From Tubulanus polymorphus (Eukaryota > Animalia > Nemertea): a DNA stretch of 64,000 nt. Below the pieces are notes generated by a model. It was not told the origin of the DNA, made no database searches, and saw only the letters and a program-made list of their open reading frames with translations. Made by a program: the position numbers and the translations under genes. Positions 11,501 through 24,800 of this stretch are shown one piece after another (position 1 is the first letter of the stretch; each line of letters opens with the position of its first letter). The DNA is taken from assembly GCF_964204645.1 (NCBI RefSeq), contig NC_134028.1, positions 20,828,345 to 20,892,344 of the forward strand, read 5' to 3'.

Positions 11501-13817
11501 TCGCGCGCAAAAAACCATACGGACAAAAAACATCGCCGGAGACAGATCAGACAAATTCATCGGTTACTGCGAACACCACCAGAGGGGGTAAAATATGTCT
11601 TATATTCATTGTCAAACCACGGTCAAACTCACGTTGTCATCGAATAAGTCTTCTGTGACAAAAACTTGGCAATTTTTAAATAAGAATTCCCAGTTAGGAA
11701 ATATTTGGGAATTTAAAATCTTTTCCTCAAATCAGAGAAATATTCGGGAATTCATTTAAATTTCACCTGTTGCATTTGCCTGGTGTGATTTTGTCCCGCG
11801 CTTTCCCTTGAGAATCACCTTTATTAACCAGTCACCAATTAAATGTTGACTCCCAAATGAAAATGAACAGATACGGTCATTATGACCGTATCTGCTAATT
11901 TTCATTTGGGAAAATTGAAAAATCACGCACGAAATACTTGGGGAATTCTTAATGCATGTAACTGTGGGAACCATGGTTTTCAATATTCAAGTCTCAATTT
12001 ATATTTCCAATTCAACTTTACGAAACGTAGGCCTAAGTCATAATTTGGATCAGTCATCAGCATAATGACCGTTCTTGGACCTTCAATTGTACTCTTAACT
12101 GTACATTTACTTAATTTTTTTCCGTATCGAAAATTAGCAGGTTTTTTGTTGGTGCTAATTGAAAATTTAATGTTCAGTGGTAAGAACCGGAAGGAGATCA
12201 AAAACTGTTAATGGAAATCTAGCCACTAATTATTGTCACATTGTCAGTTGCTCAGAAGTTGGTTAAATTTAACTCGTAATCCCGTTGTGACAATTGAAAT
12301 TGCCTTTCATCTATTAACTTTAACCATGTTTGAGCAACCAAATCCTGAACTGTCGAGGTGCCTACGACTCCTTGATTCCTTGAAATGTTTTTCATGGTCC
12401 TTGTATTATATCCTTGAATTTGAACAAAATGCTAAAAACTCCTTGAATTTTGAGAAATTGGCCGTAAGAAAAATTTTTAGGCTTTAAGCCTAGTTATTAC
12501 ACGTGGATTCCATTGAATTAAATTAATTACTACGATAAACAGTACCGATGGAGGAGCCTACACTACAGAAATTTTCGCTGTTACAACTCCTTGGATATTG
12601 GAATGACTGATTTGTAGGGACCCTGACTGTATATTATAGTTAGTTACCTTTAATAAACAAGAATGCAACTATCAAAATATTCGTTTTGATCAGACGATTT
12701 TATCTAAATGTTTCGATCAATTTTGACTCCTTTTCAATATCAATTGAAATCAAATTAAACATGTAAATGAAATCATCCAATCAAAATGAAGATTTTGATA
12801 GTTGTGTTCCTGTTGTAATTTAACTTACTGGATACTCTTTCTAAACTATATTATCATTGTTAAACCTATATGAACGACTGTGTTGGTATATATCAAACTG
12901 CAGGTCGTGGCAGAGGTCGTGGTCGTGGAAGAGGAGCGGCTTCCACCTCGACTCGAGGTGGAAGAGGAAAGAAAACAGACTCCAGAAACTCGACAATTCA
13001 AGAAGCTTTTTCAACTCAAACTTCAAGACAAAAGACAAGAACTACATAGTAAGTAGTGGGAGTTTCCTCTCTATCTCTATACCATACCATAATGGATCTG
13101 CTCGGTGAGATGTCAATGACTAGGAAATGTTTGTTTTTGGGGGGAGGCATTTGGATCAGACCCAAAGGGATGTCCACTTCAGGCCCGTACACAGTGGGGT
13201 CCATCAGGTGAACGCACCTCCCCACAAGATCCCGAGTCTGCTATTTTTGTCAAAGAAAATTTATTAGATTTAGTGTTTCAGTGACTTATGTTATATAAAA
13301 CATTCACTAACATTGGTCGGTAAGACATCTAAGACATTTCAGGATCCAGTTCCACAGTTCTGAGTTCAGAGTAAACTCTGAGTTTAAATTAGTTCATGTT
13401 CAATGAGTTAACTCTTGAGTCAAATCTTTACTCTAACTCACACTGTGGAACTGGGTCCAAAAATTTCTGGCTTAAGAAAATGTTCTTACAAGAGGACCCC
13501 AAAAACTTGCTACACCATCAAATAAGTTCCGCCTTATCACCCACCCAAAATAGAGGCTGCATACAGGCCAGCCCTCGGGGTCTTAATCAGACAATTTCAA
13601 CCTTCACCACCCCCTTGTGAACGTAATCTGGTAATTCCGGTATTTCAGCTCCGACTCCGACTCTGATGAAGCTGATATTCTGATTATTTCCGAGGATGAA
13701 GAGGTTTCATCAAAACAAACGAAGAAAACTCGCGGCGGTAAAAGAGGAGGTGTTCTATTCGATGACCAATCCGATGACGATGAGGCGCCCCCTACGAGGA
13801 GGAAACGCAAACGTTAA
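5572..13817 (+). CDS. MRE11: Double-strand break repair nuclease MRE11, 7 coding exons, 653 aa
   Basis: Exons 5572-6601, 8191-8290, 9441-9627, 9966-10085, 11377-11587, 12904-13048, 13649-13817. All introns GT-AG, total 1962 nt in frame. Motifs [43 protein letters not shown]; GAR (GRGRGRGRG) motif in exon 6; acidic/basic C-terminus. Acceptor at 5553 and donor at 4532 suggest an upstream non-coding exon. Confidence 0.96.
6643..7632. repeat. 20-bp minisatellite (tagttctgaatctagttcga)n in MRE11 intron 1, interrupted by a MITE
   Basis: ~17 near-perfect units at 6643-6988 and more degenerate units at 7357-7632. Confidence 0.95.
6989..7356. mobile_element. Non-autonomous TIR element inserted in the minisatellite
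   Basis: Termini CAGGGAGGAAAA / TTTTCATCCCTG; flanking direct repeat GTTCTG (6983-6988, 7357-7362). Confidence 0.75.
7864..8131. mobile_element. MITE with GGCGGATCC..GGATCCGCC termini
   Basis: Related copies at ~14083-14530, 15647-15903, 26449-26685 and partial at 31665. Confidence 0.65.
8403..9304. mobile_element. Four copies of a ~140-bp PIF/Harbinger-like MITE (two tandem doublets in opposite orientation) plus a CAGGGTGGC-ended element between them
   Basis: GGGCCAGTTGCA..TGCAACYGGCCC termini with CWG flanks at 8403-8541, 8544-8682, 9031-9170, 9173-9304; other copies 25546-25684 and partial 19030-19126; separate element ~8750-8998. Confidence 0.8.
10140..10417. mobile_element. piggyBac-type MITE (TTAA TSD)
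   Basis: TTAA-CCCTTTCAGTGC...GCACTGAAAGGG-TTAA. Confidence 0.85.
10523..10971. mobile_element. Tc1/mariner-type MITE
   Basis: TA-CAGTCAAAGC..GTTATACCGCC / GGCGTTATAACGAGCTTTGACTG termini. Confidence 0.7.
10999..11278. mobile_element. piggyBac-type MITE, inverted relative to 10140-10417
   Basis: Same TIRs and TTAA TSD; internal sequence reverse-complementary to the first copy. Confidence 0.85.
13342..13459. mobile_element. Short palindromic MITE (CCAGTTCCACAG..AACTC..CTGTGGAACTGG family)
   Basis: Related copies at ~41950-42021, 44255-44293, 54580-54662, 55841-55928, 56029-56139. Confidence 0.7.
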
Positions 13818-15919
13818 CATCATCGGTGATTGTATAGTCGAACTCAGTAGATAAGTTGTGATATAACTGAATTTGTCTCTATTTTTTGAGTCCCATTTTG
13901 TATTTCCAGTTAACTTCACTAAGCTGTCATTTGGCCCTGTCTTAGAAAAAATAATGACCGTCAGTGGAACCTCGTTTTAACTAACTTGGACACCATGGGT
14001 GCTCAGGGCAGGAGCACAAGGAGCACGTGCTCCTGTTGCAATTTTCCCGTACCCTTTTGGCAGCGGCAATACTATTAGCAGGTGCGGATCCAGGGCCATT
14101 CCATGACTACAGCACAGTGAAAAAAGGGAACCAACTTTGAAAAGGACCAGTATTAATGCCCAGCGAGTGAGTTTGAGTGCCATTCATTGGTATCATGCCA
14201 CTAAATTTGCCTTCACATTCAATTTGCTGGTGCCTTTTTAAGATTTTTGGCGAAATTTGCCCTTTTTCGATTAGATTTATAGAGCAACAATAATGTCTCT
14301 TTTCGAATAGTGCCCTTTTGAGTAATGGAAAATGCCTTAGATTGCCTTTTTTGGATTTGGGCAATTTATTTTCATTCACATTTTGCTTTAGTCCTAGTAC
14401 AGAAAGGCAATTATTTTTCATGGTGCACAAATTGTGTGCCCTTTTATTTACTTTTTTCCTGAAACAAAGATTTTTCAAGGGCTTTTGAAAACTGCGACTA
14501 CCGCACGTGCTGCATGTGCTGGATCTGCGCCTGATTAGGGCACTTTTTCCGCCTGCAATTAATAAGACATCAGCAGTTCTCAGTGAAAGATTTTGCTTAT
14601 ACGCTCTCAAATGCCCCTCAAGTTCCTAGAAATTGTATGAAAATGCACCGAAGTTTTCCAAACCCTTGTTTTGGCTGCGTGGCGACTTAACTTGCCTTTT
14701 TTCAGTACATATAATAGACTTCGCTTGAGTCGGATCTTTTGGGACCGTAAAAATGTGTCTGACTTAAATGATATCTGAGGTGGATGTTACGGTATGTATT
14801 TCATATATAGTGTCACAAAAATATTTTCGAAAAAACATCACGAGTTGAGCGGTTATCTCAAGTTTTATCGGATCCGACTTTATTCATTTCTTTGTGCTCC
14901 AGTCATAGTCTGCACCAAGACACGACGATTCATTGTATGTAACAATATAGAATTTTTTTCTATTCATTATTCCCTTTAATTTCCATCAGATAATTCGTAA
15001 ATCGTAGCCCTTCTCTTTTAAACGATTGAAAATGCGATGCATAATTCGTATCACATTGTTCTGTCTGCTGGCAGTGATTGGCAAGCTCATCGATTACTCG
15101 TCAGTCATTGAGTCATTGGAACGGAGCGTGCCGCGGCCACACGACGCATTTTTCCGCCAGTTAAGTCTCAAACAATGAATGGCCGTGGCGTTTGTTCCAA
15201 CGCCAGTGAAAACGATTTTTAGCAGGTTTTTATTCGTAGTTCATACGAATCAATAGATAAATCGTTAATTCTACGAATCATACACAATTCATTGAAAATA
15301 CGAATTACGTATAATCCGTATAATGTCTAATTCGTAGTAAAAACCACGGTCCCAAGAGATACGAAGTAAGCGAGGTTGACTGTATTAAAGCCAGATTTTG
15401 AGGTCCTGTGAAGTTAGTCGTAGACAACGAAGTTCCGCTGATCTGAATTTCGCTGTATCATGAAATTTTCTGAATTTTGTATTACGAATTGAATTGTTAT
15501 TATGTGAAATGTATAAAAATGATGCTATATTTTCATGTTTCTGATTGCGATTTTAATTATTGTTTCTTTCTTGAAATAAAATTAAATTCATCAAAAAATG
15601 TCGTCGGTAAGGTTTCAGTGTCGTTTTTATAGTACAGTAGACTCTAGGGCGGATCTAGGAAAAATGGAGGGCCAGGGTCCAGAGAAAAGGTATTGCTCAA
15701 ATAAAGCAGCCAAAAGCTTTTATTGGGGTTCCGTCCTCGGTTTAGATATTTTTGAAGATAAACGTACATCCATTCCAAAAGGTTGCAATTTCCGAGAGGA
15801 CGAGTGTCAAATTAAAGGTTTTTATGATTTCTGTGTTGACAAAAGGGGCCACATAAATTGGAAGGCGGGGTCTGGACCCCGAGACCACCCCCTAAATCCG
15901 CCCCTGAGACTATGCTTAA

Positions 15920-16110
15920 ATCGGATCTTTTGACTCGAGATTGATATCTGAGTTGGTTGATGCAGCTCGAGTAGGATCTTATGACTAGAGTGATATCTGA
16001 GTCGGATGGTACAGCTCAAGTAGGAACTTTGACTCGAGAGTGATATTCGAGTCGGATGGTACAGCTCAACACGTAGGAACTTATGACTCCAGATATCTGA
16101 GTTGGATGAC
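15920..16110. repeat. ~48-50-bp tandem repeat, ~4 copies
   Basis: Recurring tgactcgagagtgatatctgagtcggatggtacagctcaagtagga. Confidence 0.75.
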
Positions 16111-17002
16111 ACATCTATACCAGTAATCTCTCCACCCTGCCTGCCACAAACTGATTAGCCTATTTCCCAACAACTAATACAGGTCTAAACCCAGGGAGGA
16201 GTGGGTTGGATGCGAACGCACCTCCTTGCAAGCTCCATAGTCCACTCTTGCCATAGAAAATTTATTAGCAGATTACATTATTAGTGTTTCAGTGACTTAG
16301 TTATATGAAATATTCGCTAAAATTGGCCGGAAATGCATCTAAAACGCTTCAAATTTTCAACTTTAGGAGGATCCCAAACCCTACGGCAATCGCCGCTGCT
16401 GGCTATGAGATCAAATAATCAGTATTGCGTTATCTAAATTTGCACCCACCCAAAATGGCTGCTGCGTAGGGGGCCTGGAGATACAATGACGAAAAGTTCA
16501 TTTATAGTCATTAAATATTACATTTTATATTATTCCGAGTCGAATTGAGACAAAATTAAAAATATTGCAAACGGAATATTGAAATATTACCGGTAAATTC
16601 TTCACCGCGAGGGACCGTTCATAAAGTGCGTACGATAAGAAAGAAAATTGATCATCTTTTTAAGGTCCTATCTTGTGTATGCACATCGTGCTGTATCATC
16701 AACATCAATTTCATTTAAGGGTCCCCATATGCAGCTATCAACATGCTGTCTACTCACCCCTGCTCGGACGTTCGACCCAGATACTCACCGTTTTTCCAAA
16801 ACATGTTCGCCTAGGCGTCACTACCCCCTGTGGCAGTAACTCCGGACATTTTTTCTTAGGAAATGAATTTAAGTGTCATATCCGAACATGTCTGAACATC
16901 GACATTCACCAATTGTGAAAAATGTGTTCGTCCATTTAAAAAGAGATCGTCTGAGGGGTAGGTTCAAACAGCCGATTGACCGCTGCAAAAATTTAAACAC
17001 AA

Positions 17003-18453
17003 GGCTAAACAAAAATGATACCTTGTTTCTCCGCAGCGGCCGGGTCATTTTTGTAAAATATGATAAAATTTGTAAATTGATCACGATTTTAAACTAGGGG
17101 TCCAGGGACACCATGCCCACTTGGGAAGTGGTTTCAGATGCTCAACAATCTAACAATTTCAACATTCAACGCCCCCTGGTGACCATTTACAAAAACCAAT
17201 GACCTTGAAACTCACCACAATCATAGAACCTGTCAGCAGCTACGATTTTGTAATTGATTGTGATAACAAAATATGCCTCGTTACCAATTTAATATGGAAA
17301 TACTAAGTCATTCTACTATTCAACGCCCCCTGGTGACCATATTCAAAACCCAATGACCTCGAAACTCACCACAATCATAGAAACTCACCACAATCATGAA
17401 CTACAACTTTGCAATTGATCATGGTAACAAAATATGCCTAGGTACCAATATAATAAGGAAATACTAAGTTATTCTACTATTCAACGCCCCCTGGTGACCA
17501 TATAGATAAACTTATGTCCTTAAAACTCGCAACAATCATAGATGATGTCATGAGCTACAACTTTCCAATTGATTGTGGTTACAAAATATGCATAGGTACG
17601 AATATAATAAAGAAATGCTAAGATATTGTATTATTCAACGCCCCCCTGGTGGCCATATACAAAATCCAATTACCATGAAACTCACCACAATCATAGAACA
17701 CGTTATGAGCTACAACTTTCTAATTGATTGTGGTAGCAAAATATGCTTAGGTATCAATATAATGTGGAAAAACTTTTTCCCACTTACGAATGAGTACTGG
17801 TGACACCAAGATGGCCGCCAATTGCGTCATAATTGGCTGATGAAAAATACCTGTCTCAGGTATAAAACATCCCTTTCCAAAGAATACCCATCACAAATTG
17901 CAATGAGAAATGATAAACCAGTAGGAAGCTACAGGACTCAGAATTTGGGCCAAAATTAACATTTTTGGGCACTAAAAAGGTCATAGGACGGCCATCTTGA
18001 GTCCGATCGACCCAATTTTTGTTAAGTTGATGGGCCCTGGGGGGATTCACATACATCCGAAAGATCAAGGTAATTGATCAAAGCGTCTTCAAAATTTCCC
18101 TCAAAAAGTTCAAAAATGTGTAAAAAGTGCTGATTTTGGCGAACAACAATGGTTGCCAGTCGGCCATCTTGATTCTGACAGGGGCAGTTTTTGGGCTGAA
18201 GATGTGTCTAGGGTAGATACATGTGTAACCCAAATATCAAGACGTTACCTTGAAGCGTCTTCAAAACTTCCCAAAATAACTGGATTCCGTCTACGGACGG
18301 ACGGACGATGGACGAAAAGTGAACGCAATAGCCCGCTGGGACTAAAGTCCCAAGTGGGCTAAAAAAGTAATGTACAGGGTAGATAGGCGGCCGGCCTGAT
18401 CAACTTTTAAGCTCAGCAGAGCGGAGAAACAAGGTATCAACTTTTTTTTAGCC
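17003..18453. mobile_element. TIR MITE interrupted by a nested Helentron-like (HINE) element
   Basis: GGCTAAACAAAAATGATACCTTGTTTCTCCGC at the left end, inverted GCGGAGAAACAAGGTATCAAC..TTAGCC at the right end. Confidence 0.7.
17093..18365. mobile_element. Helentron-associated non-autonomous element (DINE/pearl-like) with internal ~154-bp tandem array
   Basis: Subterminal IR gcccacttggg / cccaagtgggc; terminal hairpin agcccgctggga-ctaaag-tcccaagtgggct; (GACG)n microsatellite near 18295; four units starting ttcaacgccccctgg at ~17165, 17319, 17480, 17634. Confidence 0.7.
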
Positions 18454-18867
18454 TAAAGGCTGAATTTTGAAGTCAACTTGGTTAATACACAAAGCCAGGT
18501 ACTTAATACTAGTAAAACTGATTCTTTAAGTACAGTACGTACAGTTTGTTGCGAATTATTCGCAGATCGTACGAATTTGACATCGAGGTCTTGGCCCCGA
18601 TGGCTTGCGTACGTACTTCATGAACGGGCCCCCCCCGAGAAGAAATTCCGCGACATTCTTTTCTTGTTTAGTATAAAATTAATTCGCTCGTATAGCTTCC
18701 GCATTATTTATAAACTCCGAATTAATTTAACGAACAAATATTCCACACACGCGTTTATCGATGACGAATTCAGGAGTTCAACACAGGTTCTCCAAACTGT
18801 AACCGGACAGAGCGCACAATCTTTCGTACATAATATAGCACATTTCTCTCGACAGCACCATCTATTA

Positions 18868-21800
18868 TCACGTTTCCGACGTCATTTCGAAGTCCCAGGC
18901 CGCATCGGTGTTGGTTAAACTTTCCATATGGGCATCGGTTAAACTGCCGCAGAATTCGTTCAACCTGTAATAAACGAAATACACGCGTTTAAATTCGACA
19001 TTTTAGCGGCGCATAGATCACGAGTCCCAGGGGCCAGTTGTGCAGTCATCGCTTAGAATGTTAGACCAGTCAAAGGCGAGCTTAGTTCTATAGCCAAGGG
19101 TCATGGACTTCAGTCACGACTGGGCCCTGAAGCATCTATTTATCAAACACTCGAGATTTTCCAGGGTAAAAACCGCCTGCATTATGAAGGCATTGCTTAT
19201 TTTTAGAATGAATTGAAAATGTTTGAGCAGTTTGAAGCTCGGGACTGAATTCCAAATTTCTCTGTTAGAGTTTGACTCATGGGTTCAGAATCAAACTTAG
19301 CATCTCAAAATTTCCATTGAAAACTTCAAAATGTGTTAAAAGTGACGATTTCAGATCCTGACCGGGCTAGTTTCTGGGTTGAAGATGTGTTACCATCAGC
19401 CAAATATCAAGACAATCCATAGAAGTATCTTCAAAACTTTCCAAAATGACTAGAATGGATGACAAGTGAACGAAATGATAATAAAGTTGAGTGAATGGCA
19501 GTGTACCCAACATTGGGTTTCCTGTTTAGGCGGGTCTCACACCACTAACGCAGCGTTAGGGAGGGTTACTTCGTTAAGGGCAGAGTTTATAGGAGGGTTT
19601 CACCACTAGGGGGGCAATTTTTAGGAGGGTTTTTCACCACTAGAGGGCAGTGTTTAACGAACCTCGTGCGCGTTTCATTGTTCTCCGTAATAACCATCAT
19701 CGATTCTTCCATCGACCGGTCGAAGAACGATAAATCGCCGCCGGGCTCCGAATCGCCAATACTCGTACCGGTGCTGGTCGTCGACGAACACCGAGCCGTC
19801 GTAGTCGACGTCGACGTGTCGGCATTCACGAGTTTCTTACTCCGATCGGAACACTGCGAAAAACATTACAAACATTACATTTCAATCGTAGGAGAACAAG
19901 GAAACTAAAGCGAAAGTTAATTGACACCTTGAAGAAAAGTAGTATATGTGTACATGTACAGTGGAACCTCGTCACAGGACCTAAAGCATTGTTTTTTAAT
20001 CCATTATTTACTGTATTGAAGGATTGAAAAAAGGCTGCACTGAAAGGGGTTCATGAGAGAAAAGAGACTCCATGATTTGAAAGTTTAACAATATGTTTCC
20101 ATGCCTACCAACTGAACTTTGGTATGTACTTAGGCATGAAAACATATTGTTAAACTTTCAAATTATGGAGTCACTTTTCAACCCCTTTCAATGAAGACTT
20201 TTTTTGATATCCTTTAATACAGTTTAGAATGGATTAAAAATCAATGGTTTAGGTCAACTGCCAGTGCTTCCTGGTCCTAAGAAGACTTTTATCAGGTATG
20301 TACCGCAAACAATAAGCGAGTTAGGCCACCTGATGTGCTCTCAAGTCAAGTTGAAATAGACATTAGTAGGTATCAATGTATAAAAACAATATCGTAACAC
20401 TTTTTGAGGGATGTAAAATTCCATTGCCTACTGGAACCGGGGTCAGTAATTACTAATCAAACTCACCGCTACTTTCACTAATTTCCAGATATCATCTTGT
20501 CGTTTATTCTGAAATTTCTCCAGTTCAACGATCGCTTTATTTATCAAATCTATCAATGCTTCGACGCGCGGAATTATCTGCAGTAGTTGGAATTTATAGT
20601 TTAGGATTTTACTGAAAAAAAAAAAAAGCGAAAATACTGTGAAACAACATGGACTACGAAATAGACACGCAATCCACCATCACTCGCCAGGGCTCGGTTT
20701 CCTCTGTCTTGCCCCGGCAAGCTAGGGTCGAAAATGGATTCTTCTTACTCTAGATTAATGTATAAATCTTTAACTAGTTTCTCCCACGTATTTTGCGACC
20801 TCAAAACCAACTGGTTCATCTTTACATTTCCGTCTTTGATGAATTTGTGCAAATCTGAAATAGATACAGTAACCGTTTTTAAGAAGGATATTTAACAGAT
20901 TGTGTAGGTTGTTAGAAGCAATATTCACCACTGTTTACATCGACCTAACTCATAGATGTAATAATATTTACCATTGCTTGGATCAAACTGACTTATTTCA
21001 TGAATTCCATGTTTATTTTTTAATTCTAAACACAACCTTTCGATCTCCGATGATCTGGAAAATAAACACGCGTGACAGTATTCGGATAAATGAACTACGA
21101 CCTGATTCGAGGGGGATGGCGCAGGGAGTGAATGGCGCAGGGAGTGAAATCGATTGGTTTCCGGCGAGAGATAGAGAAAGAACTTATCCTTCATTTACCA
21201 TATACATTATCACTACTGTCATTATTATATCTCGTACATGTATTCCCTTATAGTTAAATGACAAATAAAACTATTAGATTATTAGATTATTATTAGGGGT
21301 CATTCATTTATTACGTACGCATTAGGGGAGGGGGGAGGGGTCAGTGCAATTGTGTACTGTAATGCTTAATGTATACGAAAAAATGGCCGATTTTGCGTAC
21401 AGAGGGGGAGGGGGGGTTTAAAAATTCAAATTTTATGCGTACGTAATAAATGAATGATCCCTTACTTACATCTCCATTAAAGTATCAACAGGTTTACAAC
21501 GAGCGAATGGCGATTTTTGTAGCTCGATTATCTTCGTTTGCATCTCGATGCATTTACCGTCGATTTGTTCAACTTCACCCGACTGCAATATAACAGGAGT
21601 ACCTATCACCGCATATCGACATTGAAATACAGACAACAGAGAGAAACCACACCCGTAACAAAGACGTACCAGTGATAACATTGACTTGATGTCTCCGTTC
21701 ATTTTCAGCCATCTTTCATACATTTTTTCCGACCCTAGAAATCAAACAATGACGTAAGTCTTAATTCGATTCTCGGCACGTTAAACCGCATTCGATCTCA

Positions 21801-24800
21801 CGGGACCAATATCCTCGACGAGGCAGTAAGTGAATCCCTGGACAATCGGGGTAACGATCAGTCATTACCACATGAATTAGAGTTGAAAACATTTTAAGTA
21901 CTTTTGTCACACGCGGCATGCGATAACCAGAGGCAATCAGCTCCGTAGCAACCCGAGTCCCGGGCTCGCGCGCTTATCATAGACAATGGCACGTGCATGC
22001 AGTCTTCTGTATTTACTTGTATCATTAGATTAGTATTTAACTCACTTATTCCTGTGTCAAATTGATCCATATATTTCTTCATGTCATGGTTCAAACTGTA
22101 ACAGATCAGAAAAACGTATGAATTCCAGTTCATAGTGGTACACAGGTCAGGGGTTGGAAATCAATAGGGTGCGGCAAAACCATCAGAATCCGGTTCGACG
22201 TTTGTCCGCAAGTTTACTTTCTTTCTCTCTACATCACAAAATTCGACAACAACTGTAGAACTAGATCCTGATAAATACCGTGAGGACATAATACAACTGG
22301 TTAACCTGAATATCACACGGCTAAGCTCTGCTGAAATTGATTCTATCATTCTTACCTCGTTTCAAAGAATTCTCTCTTAGCCAAAAAACTTTTCAAATAA
22401 TGGGATAATTTTTCCTTTTTCTTCGAAAAACTTGAGTTTATTCGCAACAAATTCAACCTGTAAATGTAACAGCCACATTCCTATTGGTTAATACGTATGA
22501 GATATCGACAATGTTCAATGAGAGCTAAGGACATTTAAATTTAACAACGTACATAGCGGCTTTCCGTCCCTGTGCTAATCGTAGATAAGACTCGTTATTG
22601 GTGCGACAATAAAACACCGCTTCGCCCCAACACTTCTTCTATAAAACATCACATCAAAATATCGCCTTTAAGATTCGGTAGATCAGGATATCCGTGATAA
22701 GACAATACGAGTAAAATCCCACGATAAATGAATCACTGACACCAGAAATGTTTCGGGTGGTTACTACCACCCTTCTTCATGCAGCGGTCAATGAGAATCC
22801 TGTATCCCCCTAGTCAGGAACTAGACACTAGATCGATACCATTACCATTTTCTTACTCTCATCAGGATACGATATCAAAACACTCATATTAATAACCCTT
22901 GATCGACAGGTTTATCACTCGATCATAAGATCATCAAGGATAGCGAATTCACTGACACCTGGACGTTGTTATACACAGTCCCTTCAAGTCATGAGGGGTT
23001 AACCATGATAAAAGTTTTCATAGTAATGCCCTATATGAATAAATAAATCATTATTTTATAATTACCTTTATTAATTAAGGTTTACAATAGTAATGTAAAT
23101 TTATCATCGATAGAAATTCGTCATTGATAAAAAGTATGGTCGACAGGAATTTGTTGTTGTCTGAAATGTGTTTTCATCACGAATTTGATGTCTAATACGT
23201 GACTATGTCTGACAGGAGGGGAGGGGTCGGGTGCAGGATTATCATTGACTGATGCATCAGTCTAAAATGAGTGTACATATATTCGAACTTACGCAGTTAT
23301 GAACCGCATCTTGAGGATTATTAATCATTTTTCTGACGATCGAACTCGGTTCCGGGGGTTGAATTTCGGAAGAGATCGAACTCGTAAATTCTTCATCGTG
23401 TTGTTTGAACAGATAAACATGAACAGGCCATTCAACGGTCTAAAAGGATTATAAATCCTGAATTAAATCATCTGAAAGCATTTCGACAAATGGAGGGAAT
23501 GATATTCGACGTACCGGTTCGACCCAGAATTGTGTGGCTGGTTTAGTTACGTCGGGAGCTTGACCCAATGCGTAGATCAACTCCTGTTCACATTTCGGTA
23601 TCTTAGTTTCCTTTTCCAGAGCGACCTGAATTTCATCCACTGAATGTCGGTCTTTCACCGGATACGATAAAATCTGATTCGTGGTCATACATAAGACTTG
23701 TATTATCTACAAATACAGAATACATAGAACCCTGTTCTCATTCTGAGTGAGCGAGTGTGGGTGAGTGGTTAGAGCGTTCGACTCTGGGAAGCCAGGTCAT
23801 GGGTTCCATCCCTGTACGTTACCATAGTGTCCTCGGGCAAGACACTCATCCTCATTGCCTCTCTCCACCCAGGAGTAAATGGGTAAATGGGCACCTGGCC
23901 TGATAGATGACTCCGGAGTGCTTGTTAGCTGCTTGGATGCTACTTCTCCCCAGGGAGAGATGACTGATAAATGGTTAGAGTTTATAGGCTGGGGTAATGA
24001 TACCAATCTAATGGAACACGTCGTTCAACATTGGATGACAGTGAAAAGGGTGCTATGGAAATTAAATTACCATCACTATGATCTACAATACAGAATACGT
24101 AGAACCATGTACTGTCTACGAATACAGAATACACAGGACCTGTATCATCTACAAATACAGAGTACATTGAACCTGCACTGTCTACAAATACAGAATACAC
24201 AGGACCTGTATTATCTACAAATACAGAGTACATAGAAGCTGCACTGTCTACAAATACAGAATACACAGGACCTGTATTATCTACAAATACAGAATACGTA
24301 GAACCTGTACTGTCTAGCTGTATTAACTACAAATACAGAATACATAGAACCTGTACCGTCTACAAATACAGAATACATAGAACACATACGATATAAAGTA
24401 TTCCATAGTTTCTACAGATACTGAATAGGTACTTTCTCTACGTACTTTAGAATCAAGTATATCGTCTAACATTTTAAAACAAGCAGGTCGTCTATTCTCC
24501 TGATCAACCGGACCTCCTCTCTGTCTGGGATCCCATAATAGCATCAATCGTAGAAACTTCTCCATATACACTTTCATCGTTCTAAAATGCAAAAATTTCC
24601 AGGAATTAAAATCAGCGCAAAATACAGACAGGACCAGGTTCAGAAACAACCAACCAACTGACAATGAATGACTAACCGACCTAACAAATAAAAACCCACA
24701 GTTAGATCTGTAAAAACAGTTTATTTTCCTTACAGTTTCAAGGCCTCATCATCAGAGGAACAAAAAACACAAGTATATTGTGTTTTTAGTTCCTCTGATA

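Noticed and set aside
23879-24266. ORFs with 11-aa periodicity
   Set aside because: Read-through of a SINE and the 33-bp intronic minisatellite
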